Numbered from the stretch's first letter, positions 50,326 to 60,476 are shown. The stretch is DNA of 64,000 nucleotides from Bacteroidia bacterium (GCA_038317095.1 JBBQBB010000002.1:17805-81804); one strand, 5' to 3'. Notes: generated from the sequence alone by a model not told the origin. Numbers and translations are program-made.

Positions 50326-50918
50326 TCCAATTTTACCGTACCATTGTAAATACCGCGAATGTGAAGGTTTTTGTCAACAAGCAAAATGTGTTCGGTGTGC
50401 AAAAATTCGTTAGAATCCAATGCAAAACCTGCTTCCTCTTCGGCAAAGAAAGACTGCCTAGCCAAGGTGTATATTGTTGACTTATTGCCTGTAAGCAAGT
50501 GCCAGAGCTTGGCATCCAGTTCATTGTCCACTTCATAGGTTTTCAGCGTGGCTATGGAATCCTTCCAAGGCATTACACTGAAAGATAAAATTTGCGCTGT
50601 TCTATGTAATTTCAGTGAATCCTGAATGCCCAACAAATTATGGGTCATTTTAGGACAAACGCTGCCACATGTAGTAAAGAAAAAGTTCGCCAATGTGATA
50701 TGTCCTTTTAAATTGTTCTCAGAAAATATTTTTCCATTTTGGTCGTAAAAAGCAAATGCAGCAATGGAATGCAGCTCTTTGGGAAATGATTTATCGGTTT
50801 TCCAATGTGGTGTAAAATCGGGTGTGTTATAATAAGGCAGTGTTGCATGTTTTTGTGGATTCGAGCATGCCAAAAAACTAAAAACAACAACAAGTATGTA
50901 TAAAATATTATTTTTCAT
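50280..50918 (-). CDS. SCO1/SenC family copper chaperone / thiol-disulfide protein
   Basis: CGSVCP (CxxxC) with downstream His. Lipoprotein signal LVVVFSFLACS. Confidence 0.8.
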   Translation of the reverse strand: MKNNILYILVVVFSFLACSNPQKHATLPYYNTPDFTPHWKTDKSFPKELHSIAAFAFYDQNGKIFSENNLKGHITLANFFFTTCGSVCPKMTHNLLGIQDSLKLHRTAQILSFSVMPWKDSIATLKTYEVDNELDAKLWHLLTGNKSTIYTLARQSFFAEEEAGFALDSNEFLHTEHILLVDKNLHIRGIYNGTVKLDIQHILDDIRILEGE

Positions 50919-51484
50919 TTTACAGTATTGCTTTTTATCGTATCACAATCTTTTACGCCTTGTAGCCCATATCTTCGGCCATTTAAAACCGTATAATTCA
51001 TTCGGATATTTCCATTTTCATACCACATTTTTTGCCCTCCACTTTCCTGTCCCTTTTCATAATTAAAATCTCGGATTAAAATTCCTTTATCGGTCCATTC
51101 TTTTTGGTTTCCTTCTGCGATATCGTTTTTAAAATGATAAACGAAACGCTTGCTTCCATCGCGCCAAAAACCCAAATGCCCCCCAGTTTTTTTCCCCAAA
51201 TGATAATAACGATTTGCCCGTACCATTTGGTTGTCATAGAATTCTACACTCGAACCTTCTTGCAGTCCGTTGGCATAAAATTCTAATAGATTGGTGTCTC
51301 CCGTGCTGTTGTATTGTAAAAAAACACCAGTAAAAGGGTTGCCTTTAAAAAGCAATTTGCCGTTTTCATGCACAATGCCAGGATCGTTGCTGCGTATGGT
51401 AATTTGAGAAGTTTTATGACAACCCCCAAAAGCAATAATCAAGCAACAAATAAGTGAAACTTTCAAAGCAGTATTGAAAGTCAA
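50915..51484 (-). CDS. MORN-variant repeat lipoprotein (YwqK-antitoxin-like family)
   Basis: Repeated G-x-x-x-x-F/Y-Y-x-N-G motifs. Lipobox IAFGGC. 4-nt overlap with SCO1. Confidence 0.55.
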   Translation of the reverse strand: MTFNTALKVSLICCLIIAFGGCHKTSQITIRSNDPGIVHENGKLLFKGNPFTGVFLQYNSTGDTNLLEFYANGLQEGSSVEFYDNQMVRANRYYHLGKKTGGHLGFWRDGSKRFVYHFKNDIAEGNQKEWTDKGILIRDFNYEKGQESGGQKMWYENGNIRMNYTVLNGRRYGLQGVKDCDTIKSNTVK

Positions 51485-51495
51485 ATTTACAATAT

Positions 51496-52254
51496 TTATT
51501 TTGAAACTGTACCTGCTGTTCCAAAAAATGCATCACCGTTTATGTAAGGGTCTGCGCTGGTTATATGGTAATGGTAAATTCCGTTTGGATAGTCAGCAGT
51601 GGCGGAGGTATGGCCATGGTAAACATCCAAATCACCGTTGACAATGGTTTTTCCGTTTTCTAGGGGTCCATAAACTGGGAAACCGTCCAACAAAAATCCA
51701 AGCAGTGCGCTTTTGCCATTGTTTGTGGTGAGCCAAGTAGGTTCAAGGTGGTAGTGATAATCTCCCCCTGGCGCTGGGTGACCGTTGTATTGATCGAAAG
51801 AGTTGATTTCACCACTCAAAGCCACATGGCCTGCTGCATATTGGTTAAAGATGGGAACTCCATTTAAAGATACTCCCATAGGTCCCATGGGGGTTGCAGT
51901 TTTGATGGTGGCTTCTTTTGGATTTAATGGAATGCGAAAAGTGTAGTTCATTTGAGAAATAGTATTCGGGTTTTGTTTCCAAGCGCTGTTGCTGCCATTG
52001 TAGTCTTCGAATTTGCTGCTTTCCCATGCAGTTCCTTTGTAATAGGGCGATTTATGGTCAGAAATACCTGTCGTTTTTATCACTACAAAATCGCCATCCA
52101 AATAAATATCGGTAGCCCCGTATATTTTTTTGTATATGGCCAGGGCATCCTTGGTTTGATTGTTATTGTTGGTTGTTTTCTTCTTGCAAGCGCCTAATCC
52201 ATTCAGGGTTAAAAAAACGGCTATAACTGAGCATAATTTAAATAGGATTTTCAT
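51496..52254 (-). CDS. YHYH-motif lipoprotein (putative metal-binding)
   Basis: GDYHYHLEP and GIYHYHITS. Lipobox LNGLGAC. Association with SCO1 is as reported for the YHYH family. Confidence 0.6.
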   Translation of the reverse strand: MKILFKLCSVIAVFLTLNGLGACKKKTTNNNNQTKDALAIYKKIYGATDIYLDGDFVVIKTTGISDHKSPYYKGTAWESSKFEDYNGSNSAWKQNPNTISQMNYTFRIPLNPKEATIKTATPMGPMGVSLNGVPIFNQYAAGHVALSGEINSFDQYNGHPAPGGDYHYHLEPTWLTTNNGKSALLGFLLDGFPVYGPLENGKTIVNGDLDVYHGHTSATADYPNGIYHYHITSADPYINGDAFFGTAGTVSK

Positions 52255-52273
52255 TTTCTATAATTTGTTTTTA

Positions 52274-52777
52274 TTATCGATGGGGTCCATTTTTACCAGG
52301 TCTTCTGCCTTCATTTCTTGCATGCATTGTGTGAATAATATCATCTATTAATTTGTCGAATGATGCTTTTTGATTTGCATTGCAAATGAATCTAATTTTC
52401 CTAAAATGATCAAATGTTATGCTATCGCGATATACCGCTAAATATGAAATTTTTGTCAATAGTACTTGTAAATCATTTTTGTTTATTGAATCTGATTTCA
52501 ATTTTTCAAAATAGGCATCGTGCAATACTTTATTTTGCAACTCAAAATCTTCCATACCATGGCGATGTTCTTTTTTCAATTGCTCAAATTTATCTATTTG
52601 TGTTTCATCGAGTTTTAATCCTTCTATTATAATTTTATCTACTGGTGTAGGGCCCTTTGGCCTGCCCATCGGGAAAGAATTTCGCTGTCCTAAAAAAAGA
52701 AAGCCTAGGGTTCCAAGATTTAAAATCAACAGCCCAACTATTCCTATTACCAACAGTTTTTCCTTTTTCATAATCAA
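52274..52777 (-). CDS. periplasmic LTXXQ-motif protein (Spy/CpxP-like heavy-metal/envelope-stress sensor-chaperone)
   Basis: LKLDETQIDKFEQLKKEH. N-terminal TM/signal. 4-nt overlap with the upstream anti-sigma gene. Confidence 0.55.
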   Translation of the reverse strand: MIMKKEKLLVIGIVGLLILNLGTLGFLFLGQRNSFPMGRPKGPTPVDKIIIEGLKLDETQIDKFEQLKKEHRHGMEDFELQNKVLHDAYFEKLKSDSINKNDLQVLLTKISYLAVYRDSITFDHFRKIRFICNANQKASFDKLIDDIIHTMHARNEGRRPGKNGPHR

Positions 52778-53082
52778 TAATTGTAAATGGATTCATTGTC
52801 CGAATTCAAACCATATTCTTGCACTAAATTCTGCATTGCATTTTTATAAGGAATTCCAATATAGGCCTTGGTTTTCCAGGCATAGGTGTTTGCCAGAACC
52901 AAGAATGCAACCGATGCAGCAATATACCAAAGTGTTTTGCTAGAAACATAAGCATTTTCTTTCGTTGAAGTTTCAATTTTTTCAATCAAATGGTTCCAGA
53001 GTTTAGGATTCACAGAAACCTGCTTCATGCCATCCATACTTTTTAGGATGTCATCAGAATTAAATTTGGCCTTGTTTACCAT
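52774..53082 (-). CDS. small membrane anti-sigma factor candidate
   Basis: 102 aa with one TM (LWYIAASVAFLVLANTYAW), directly downstream of the ECF sigma. Confidence 0.4.
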   Translation of the reverse strand: MVNKAKFNSDDILKSMDGMKQVSVNPKLWNHLIEKIETSTKENAYVSSKTLWYIAASVAFLVLANTYAWKTKAYIGIPYKNAMQNLVQEYGLNSDNESIYNY

Positions 53083-53126
53083 GGGTTTTATGCTTGTTTA
53101 GACGATGCTTCGTTTTCATTCCTGCT

Positions 53127-53645
53127 TTAAGAATTTAAATATTTTTCGATTTTCTTTTGAAGATTCTGTTTGGCTCTGTGCAATATAGATTCAACTGCAC
53201 CTACAGAGATATTAAGGACTGATGCAATTTCTATATTTGTACTTTGTTCCATTTGCTGCAATAAAAAGACAGTTTTTTGTTTTTCAGGCAATGTTGCAAT
53301 GGCAGAAAATAAAATTTGCGATTTCTCTTTGTTTTCTAACAATATTCCAGGGTGTATAAAATCTGTAAGCGCCAATGTTTCATTTAGCGATAATTCATTG
53401 TTGGAATCTCTTTTTTGACGCTTTTTATATTTTATTTTATCCAAACATTTATTCACAGCAATGCGGTATACCCAAGTAGATATTGCGGCATTTCCTAGAA
53501 AATTATGCGCAGATTTGTGTATTTCTAAAAAAACATCCATGGTTGTTTCTTCTGCATCCTCGGCATTTTGCAAATAGGAAAGAGCAAGGTTGTAAACCGA
53601 ATTAGCGTGTGTTTTGTATAATATTTCAAGTTCCGCGTTATCCAA
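53127..53645 (-). CDS. ECF sigma factor
   Basis: Region 2 (ISTWVYRIAVNKCLDKIK) and region 4 (EIASVLNISVGAVESILHRAKQNL). Confidence 0.8.
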   Translation of the reverse strand: MDNAELEILYKTHANSVYNLALSYLQNAEDAEETTMDVFLEIHKSAHNFLGNAAISTWVYRIAVNKCLDKIKYKKRQKRDSNNELSLNETLALTDFIHPGILLENKEKSQILFSAIATLPEKQKTVFLLQQMEQSTNIEIASVLNISVGAVESILHRAKQNLQKKIEKYLNS

Positions 53646-53725
53646 GAATTACATTTTTGGACGACAAATATGAGTTTTTCCTGTGAAAATTTGAAATCTA
53701 GAAACGCACAGTTGAAAAATTGGTG

Positions 53726-54904
53726 TTAATTGAACACTTCCAAATGCATTATTTCATCTTTTGTAAGTTCAGTTTCTCCAGGCTTTAGGCCTTCAAATGC
53801 TGGTTCGCATACTAAATAGGGCTTGCCAAAATATTTAAAAGTAAAACCAGGCGCTTTCTCTGGCAATTCAATGGCACAGCAAACGTGGGTTGCACTTTTG
53901 CTATAAAGCATAACCGTTTCGGCGCCTAAATATTTATTCACCAAATAGCAGAATAAGGCAGCTTTGTCTTCGCAATCGATATATTCATCGGCCATGGTCT
54001 GTTCTACGAAATTTCGTTTTTCAGATTTCCGATAATCAGCATCCGCTTTATAAGGGAAAGCATTTTGTACCAAAGCCAGTATAAAGGTTAGTTTCTCGCC
54101 ATACGTCTTGTTTTTTAGCCATATTTCCAAACTATCGTCCATGGATTTTTGGGCTTCTTCAGATGGGGTTAAGGTGTATAGATAAGACCCAATGCGAAAA
54201 GAAGGCAGATCATTTAAATAGTTTACCACATCAGAATTGTATTTGGTATTTAATGTAAATGTTTGATTGCCGTAGCTAAAAGTGCGTGTTTTGCTTTTTA
54301 TTGTATGGCCTAATAGTGGCGTATTGTACATGTCTAACTGCAGCGCTTCTGCGGCAGAATCTTGCATCAATTGTAGGCGGTAAATCTCTAAGCTAGCATA
54401 TTGAATTTTATCCACACTGGCACTCACATATTTTTTCCCTTGGTGCGTAATTGCAAATCCCCCATCCGGACTATTTTCCATGCGCACAAACAAATTAAAA
54501 TATGCGGTGTTTCCTCCAAGTACCGCATCCACGCCGCCTTGCCGCAAGCCATACCATACTATGGCTTTTCTAAAGTTATTGGTTTGTTTTGGAAAGCAAC
54601 TGGCAGAGAAATATTTAAGCAATTGAAAATATCCAATGTTGTCTAAAGAAAAAACTTTGCTTTGTTGCCTTAACTCATCAATGGTTTCGTTGAGTTTTAA
54701 TTTATGGATTTCATTGAGGTTGCGGCTCACCAGAATATAGTCTAAATTGTTTTCAGGAAATGAAAAATCAATCAACTCATTGGGAATGTTTACAGTAACA
54801 GTTTTGCCATAAAATGGAAATTGCCAACGGGTCTTTTCGGCTTTACCAAATAGTGGAAATGCAAACAAGGCGAGGGATAATATTTTGACGAGAGCAAGCC
54901 GCAT
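53726..54904 (-). CDS. hypothetical secreted protein
   Basis: ORF 53726..54949 trimmed to signal peptide MRLALVKILSLALFAFPLFGKA. No confident domain. A Cys/His/Asp-rich C-terminal part (DCEDKAALFCYL...THVCCAIEL) could be a transglutaminase-like core. Confidence 0.45.
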   Translation of the reverse strand: MRLALVKILSLALFAFPLFGKAEKTRWQFPFYGKTVTVNIPNELIDFSFPENNLDYILVSRNLNEIHKLKLNETIDELRQQSKVFSLDNIGYFQLLKYFSASCFPKQTNNFRKAIVWYGLRQGGVDAVLGGNTAYFNLFVRMENSPDGGFAITHQGKKYVSASVDKIQYASLEIYRLQLMQDSAAEALQLDMYNTPLLGHTIKSKTRTFSYGNQTFTLNTKYNSDVVNYLNDLPSFRIGSYLYTLTPSEEAQKSMDDSLEIWLKNKTYGEKLTFILALVQNAFPYKADADYRKSEKRNFVEQTMADEYIDCEDKAALFCYLVNKYLGAETVMLYSKSATHVCCAIELPEKAPGFTFKYFGKPYLVCEPAFEGLKPGETELTKDEIMHLEVFN

Positions 54905-55029
54905 TGTAAAATTTAACGCCAAAACTATGCCGAATATTCCAATTTTCATTTAAAATTAGCATTTTAATATACTTTTTCTCTCTTGGGTTTTGCTTACATT
55001 TGTGCTCTTTTTGGACAATCAGTATGGGA

Positions 55030-56010
55030 ATGAAAGAACTCCAGTTTAGAGAAGCACTGCGCGAAGCAATGCAGGAAGAGATGCGACGCGATGACCGCGT
55101 ATTTCTTTTGGGCGAAGAAGTTGCAGAATACAACGGTGCTTACAAAGTGAGCCAAGGCATGTTGGACGAGTTTGGTGCCAAACGTGTCATAGATACGCCA
55201 ATTGCAGAGTTAGGCTTTGCTGGCATAGCGGTGGGTGCCGCATCCAATGGATTGAGACCCATTTGCGAATTCATGACATTCAATTTTTCTTTGGTTGCTA
55301 TTGATCAAGTGATAAACTCAGCCGCCAAAATGAACAGTATGAGCAATGGGCAATTTACGTGCCCTATGGTTTTTCGCGGACCTACTGGCAGTGCTGGTCA
55401 ATTGGGACAACAACATAGCCAAAACTTTGAAAATTGGTATGCCAATACACCTGGCTTAAAAGTGGTGGTGCCTAGCAACCCAGCAGATGCAAAAGGGCTG
55501 TTGAAAACTGCCATTCGCGATGAAAATCCTGTCATTTTCATGGAAAGTGAACAGATGTATGGTTTCAAAGGTTTGGTGCCAGAAGAAGAATATTTAATTC
55601 CTATTGGTGTTGCATTTGTTGTAAAAGAAGGAACAGATGTTACTATTGTTTCTTTTGGTAAAATGATGCTAAGAGCACAAGCTGCTGTGGACGAACTTTC
55701 CAAAGAAGGCATCAATGCTGAATTGATAGATTTGCGCAGTGTGCGCCCTATCGATTACGATACCGTCATTAAAAGTGTGAAAAAAACCAACCGATTGGTA
55801 ATTGTGGAAGAAGCTTGGCCCTTGGCTAGCATTAGTAGCGAATTGAGCCATATTGTACAAAAACGCGCTTTTGATTACCTAGACGCACCAGTGCATAGAG
55901 TTACCTGCATGGATACAACATTGCCATACGCGCCTACCTTCGTTGAAGCTTACCTTCCAAGTGTTGCTAGAATTATAGAAGCAGTTAAATCTGTTACTTA
56001 TAAGGCATAA
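55030..56010 (+). CDS. pdhB: pyruvate dehydrogenase E1 beta subunit (alpha-ketoacid dehydrogenase subunit beta)
   Basis: MKELQFREALREAMQEEMRRDDRVFLLGEEVAEYNGAYKVS... is the canonical E1-beta N-terminus. No E1-alpha gene is adjacent. Confidence 0.85.
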   Translation: MKELQFREALREAMQEEMRRDDRVFLLGEEVAEYNGAYKVSQGMLDEFGAKRVIDTPIAELGFAGIAVGAASNGLRPICEFMTFNFSLVAIDQVINSAAKMNSMSNGQFTCPMVFRGPTGSAGQLGQQHSQNFENWYANTPGLKVVVPSNPADAKGLLKTAIRDENPVIFMESEQMYGFKGLVPEEEYLIPIGVAFVVKEGTDVTIVSFGKMMLRAQAAVDELSKEGINAELIDLRSVRPIDYDTVIKSVKKTNRLVIVEEAWPLASISSELSHIVQKRAFDYLDAPVHRVTCMDTTLPYAPTFVEAYLPSVARIIEAVKSVTYKA

Positions 56011-56459
56011 GCAAGCTTTATCTTTCCGTTGGGAGTGGTGTAAAGTAAAATTTCATTGAAACCTTCTGATGCTATGTTTTTCTTTTTTGCCAAAATCCTT
56101 TTGTGTTTTTTGAATGTGTTTTTTTTTGTTTCATTTTTTGTCCTGTTTTTTAGTTTACAATGTGTAAACCTATTTCAGGACAAGACATTGCACCCAAATG
56201 GCATATACAAGTTACATTATAGCGCGTATCCGCCACACGGGGGTTGTAGTATATTCTGCTATTATAATGTATGAAAGGGGGATATAATTTCACTTATATA
56301 CCTTAGAACTTACATGGGATTTCTGTTGTTTTGCTGCTGCCATGGATCAGTAGTTATTGCATGTAGCCCAGGTCTGTGGCACTTTCTAACAAATGGGTTG
56401 CAAACTAAATTCCTTTTGCGGCTGTTTTAGTTGGTTTTTTGGCCTTTTTCCTCAAGATA

Positions 56460-57683
56460 GGTATAGTAGACAAAATTAATGGTATTTTGGAGTCGTTTGG
56501 TTCAAGTGGACAAAATTAATGGTGTTTATTTTTCGCTTTTTGAATGCGTTTAAGATACAATTTTCATCTTTGCCTTATCAAGTCAAACGGAAGCAAGCTC
56601 TGCTGGAGAGCAACTTGTCAGGGATGCGCTTGATGGTCGACAAAAATGTCAATTCAAGGGGTTATCATCGCGATAGCCCTTTGATATTTTTAGAGACCCT
56701 CATGCCTTAAAAAACTCATCTATAAACTTCTTTTTTCTTTCTAATGATAATCCATTGTGGCTTTTTAATTTGTTCTTTAAATCGGCAAAATGACCGTCAA
56801 TAGCATTCGTTGTGTTGGGTATTTTTAAAGCCCAATTATCATACCAAGTAAATAGCCAGGGCAGGTTGGTTTTTAAACTTCTATAAGCACTTCTTAGCTT
56901 TTTGTGTACATATCTTTTCTTTCCTTTTTCGTCCACTTTTCTTTCATCTAAAAAGGTTTTCCACTTAACATACCAATCATTCAACCCTCCTTCAAAGCTT
57001 TCTTTATCGGTCTGTTTTAGAAGCAAAACATGCTCCCACAACTCCTTACTGGCTTGCATTTTAGGTCGCTTAGTTAGATGCCTTCGTACAATGGCAACTT
57101 GGTGAAAATTACACATCTGAATAGGGATGCTTTCTATTAATTGTAATAACCCTTTGCGACCGTCACAAACAATTGCCTGTATGCTTATTCCTCTTCTTGA
57201 AATTTCTTTTATACCAGACAAGTAAAGGGCGTTTGTTTCCTGTTTTACATACACTTTATAGAGTACAATTCCAGCCAGGCTATCTTTAAAAACCATTACC
57301 CCAAATTTCTTTCCGAAATAAGTGGTATCCATCAATAAAACTACTTCTTTTGGAAATATAGTTTGCTTCTTAATTTCTATACTATCTAAAAGCCGTTGAA
57401 TTGTTTTTGTTGAGCAATTATATTTGGTAGCCAGTTGCAAATATGTTTGCTTCCCTTTGGTGTATTCTTCCCAAATAACGAATGAATCTCTTCGATTGCC
57501 ACCTAAAAATTGCCTACCACAAGCTGAACATTTATAGCGTTGGGTTTCATTAACATGTCCATATTTTGAGGTAATTGGAGACCCACAGTAAAAGCACTTT
57601 TTTTATTCATAACCTTTGATTGGTCGCAAAGCTATACTATGTCTGGCTTTTAAGGATTTTTACCATTAATTTTGTCTATTAAG
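56460..57683. mobile_element. insertion sequence (~1.2 kb) encoding a zinc-ribbon DDE transposase (IS1/IS1595-like; family unresolved) with terminal inverted repeats and a 10-bp flanking direct repeat
   Basis: IR-L is TAGACAAAATTAATGGTA (56467-56484), repeated subterminally at 56507-56524. IR-R is TACCATTAATTTTGTCTA (57661-57678), a perfect 18-bp reverse complement. CCTCAAGATA occurs at 56450-56459 and 57684-57693, immediately outside both ends. Confidence 0.7.
56700..57610 (-). pseudogene. IS transposase; the frame is broken by an A7 run at codons 3-5 (mutation, assembly error or transcriptional slippage)
   Basis: ATG AAT AAAAAAA GTG...: frame 1 reads MNKKSAFTVGLQ...* and stops after 35 codons. 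With one more A the product would be MNKKKCFYCGSPITSKYGHVNETQRYKCSACGRQF (a C2C2 zinc ribbon) ...LLMDTTYFG...IVCDGRKG...TNAIDGHFADLKNKL...ERKKKFIDEFFKA*, about 300 aa. ORF-track entry 56700..57440 is the TTG-initiated tail of this frame. Confidence 0.65.
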
Positions 57684-57769
57684 CCTCAAGATACAAAAAT
57701 CTATCAAAAACAGCTATTCGTCGATTTTTAGTACTATGTTATACATAATACCAAACAATACATATATCT

Positions 57770-58117
57770 TTGCATCGTAAAGTTATGGCAGTCGAAAATT
57801 CTAGCAGTCAAATGCGCAAAGGTATTTTAGAGTATTGTGTGCTCGGAATCGTTGCGCAGGGCGAAATATATTCATCCAACATCATCGAAAATTTAAAGGA
57901 AGGCAACCTATTGGTTGCCGAGGGCACACTCTATCCCATGCTTACACGACTTAAAAATAGTGGATTGCTGGCTTACAAATGGGTTGAAAGCACCCAAGGG
58001 CCACCGCGCAAATATTTTACCATTACAGAAGCTGGGATGGATTACTTAAAAGAATTGGATGGAACCTGGAATGAACTAACCCAAACGGTAAACACAATCA
58101 ACAAGAAAAGAAAATGA
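57770..58117 (+). CDS. PadR-family transcriptional regulator
   Basis: KGILEYCVLGIVAQGEIYSSNIIENL...GTLYPMLTRLKNSGLL is a winged-helix PadR signature. Confidence 0.8.
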   Translation: MHRKVMAVENSSSQMRKGILEYCVLGIVAQGEIYSSNIIENLKEGNLLVAEGTLYPMLTRLKNSGLLAYKWVESTQGPPRKYFTITEAGMDYLKELDGTWNELTQTVNTINKKRK

Positions 58118-60201
58118 ACAACATCGTAAATATTAGAATGGGGCATTATGTCCTAGCTGCAGATGAAGATGCTGCACAAGAATTAAGCAAGTACACTGAA
58201 GCGCTTAAAAAACGGTATGCCAATGAAGAAGGTGCTGCAGAAATTGTAACCGACATTGAAGAAAGAATTGGTGAATTGTTGCAACAAAAACAGACCATTT
58301 CAAACCGCAATTTTACCATTCTAAAAGACGTGGCAGCGGTGTTACTGCAAATGGGTCCTATTGAAGGCGATGAAGCTACTGAAAACAGCGCTTCATCGCC
58401 TTCGCAGAAATTCAATGAAAGGCCAGCCAAGCGGCTTTTTAGAGATACGGAAAATAGTCTTTTGGGAGGTGTTTCTTCCGGATTTGCAAGTTATTTTAAT
58501 ATTGATCCAGTGGTTGTAAGGCTCCTATGGGTAGTTTCTGTTTTCATTTTTGGATTCGGGGTTCCCCTTTATATTGTGTTATGGATTATTGTTCCAGAAG
58601 CAAAAACCACTGCCGAAAAATTGATGATGAAAGGCCAAACTCCCAATTTGCAAAATATAGAAGAAAATGTAAAAGCTGAATTTAGGAGGGTGGAACAAAA
58701 TTTCAATGCCGCCGGTGGACGCGAAAGATTTAGTCGGTTTGTAAATAGCATGGTTGGGTTCATTGGCAAATTTATTTTACTTAGCATTAAAATTGTTTTA
58801 TCGGTAATTTTTGCGTTGGTTTTGGCGGCATTAATTGCATTGCTCGTTGCATTTACCAGCGGCGCATTTCATATTAATACATTGAATTTAATTATTGAAG
58901 GTCAGGAAGGATTGAATGCTTGCCTCACACTTTTTGGCGACCCTTTTTGGATCAAAGCTGGGGTCTTAACATTCTTAATTGTTTCAATCACAGCCTTGGC
59001 AATGCGCATATTTGTACCGTCAAGAAACTCCGATCAGGTTAAAGTTACCCGCCGGTATATTTCAGGTACATTGTTCTTTCTTTTCATTTTATTGGCAACA
59101 GTATTTGCTTTAGGAATGGCCAAAATGGGACACAGGTTTGACAGGGCCAGTGCGACCCAAAATTTTAACTTTAAAGGCGATACTTTATTTGTAGATTCCG
59201 AAGGAGAAAATACCGAGAACGGTGGTTTTTTTACTTGCAACGCATTTGTAGATATTGTGACTTCCTCTGATAGTAATTTTCACATCGATCAAAACAACAT
59301 AGGCTGGGGAACCACCGGCAGATCTTACTTAAGGCAGGGTGAATATCCCAATCAATATAAAATAGAGGGTAACAAATTAACGATTCGCGAATGCAATCGG
59401 GTTTCAAATCTGGGCAAAGGTGGTGCGTTTTGGACACGCATTGCTTTATCTGTGCCAAAAGGAAAAGTAATTAAAACGGGAAAAAGGTTTTTCAATAATT
59501 CTAATTATCCAAATTGGGTGGGTAGCAATGAAGTTTACAAAGCAGATAGCGTAGGATTTTCAAATACAATGTCGGCAAGTTCCCAAACAATTTCATTGCC
59601 AAATGGGATCGATAATATTGCAATAAATGGCCAATTTGAGGTACAAATATTTCAATCCAATGCGAGCCGAATTGAATTGATTTCTGGACCCATTCTTTCG
59701 CATATAAATTGGATAGATGTAAGCGAGAATCATGTAGAAATAGAGAACGATGCAGAATTTTTTGGCAATAAAGTTTCCGTCATTCGCATTTATTTAAAGA
59801 CTTTAAACAATGTAAAAACAGAAGGAGTAGCCCAAGTGTGGTTGAGAAACATAAAAAGTTCAAATCTAGAATTGGATTGCAGGGGCGCCTCTCACATCAA
59901 CGGAATTGTAGAAGTAGATTTTATAAAAATGAATATTGACGGCGTTTCGGAAATAGATTTAAAGGGAAATGCAAATAAACTAGACGCAGAAATAGATGGC
60001 GCTTCTAGTTTGGCTTGTGGAATGCTGAAAACGAAAAATGCAGAAATCAATATTTCGGGTGTTTCCACTGCCACTGCCTGGGTAGTTAGCGCACTTCAAG
60101 CGGATTGCAATGGCGCTTCTAAATTATACGTTAAAGGAAAGCCAAGCATTGCAGAAGTGGAAACAAACGGAGCCAGTAAATACGAAGTGTTGAATGAGTA
60201 A
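58114..60201 (+). CDS. PspC-domain membrane protein with a large C-terminal extracytoplasmic beta-helix/adhesin-head-like (DUF2807/DUF4097-type) domain
   Basis: ATGA overlap with padR. PspC motif LLGGVSSGFASYFNIDPVVVRLLWVVSVFIFGFGVPLYIVLWIIVP. Several additional TM helices. The C-terminal ~300 aa are repetitive and beta-rich. Confidence 0.7.
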   Translation: MNNIVNIRMGHYVLAADEDAAQELSKYTEALKKRYANEEGAAEIVTDIEERIGELLQQKQTISNRNFTILKDVAAVLLQMGPIEGDEATENSASSPSQKFNERPAKRLFRDTENSLLGGVSSGFASYFNIDPVVVRLLWVVSVFIFGFGVPLYIVLWIIVPEAKTTAEKLMMKGQTPNLQNIEENVKAEFRRVEQNFNAAGGRERFSRFVNSMVGFIGKFILLSIKIVLSVIFALVLAALIALLVAFTSGAFHINTLNLIIEGQEGLNACLTLFGDPFWIKAGVLTFLIVSITALAMRIFVPSRNSDQVKVTRRYISGTLFFLFILLATVFALGMAKMGHRFDRASATQNFNFKGDTLFVDSEGENTENGGFFTCNAFVDIVTSSDSNFHIDQNNIGWGTTGRSYLRQGEYPNQYKIEGNKLTIRECNRVSNLGKGGAFWTRIALSVPKGKVIKTGKRFFNNSNYPNWVGSNEVYKADSVGFSNTMSASSQTISLPNGIDNIAINGQFEVQIFQSNASRIELISGPILSHINWIDVSENHVEIENDAEFFGNKVSVIRIYLKTLNNVKTEGVAQVWLRNIKSSNLELDCRGASHINGIVEVDFIKMNIDGVSEIDLKGNANKLDAEIDGASSLACGMLKTKNAEINISGVSTATAWVVSALQADCNGASKLYVKGKPSIAEVETNGASKYEVLNE

Positions 60202-60476
60202 TAAGTTCAATGAATAGAAATAAATACAGTACCAAGCCCATTTTATCCACTCTAAAATAGGGTTCCCTCGAGCTTGAAGTATTGTTGGAATATTTTACCA
60301 ATTTGGTTGTTTCTGGGATTTCATCATTGAAGAAAATCTCCTTATAATTATATTTATTTGCTTCCCTTTTAGGTTCATGTCCGAGATTGCAGCAAAGCGG
60401 AACATCCTGAATGCCGGGGGGCACAAACACTTATTTTTTACAAAAAAACAAACCCAAATTTCGCATCTTTTTTTAT

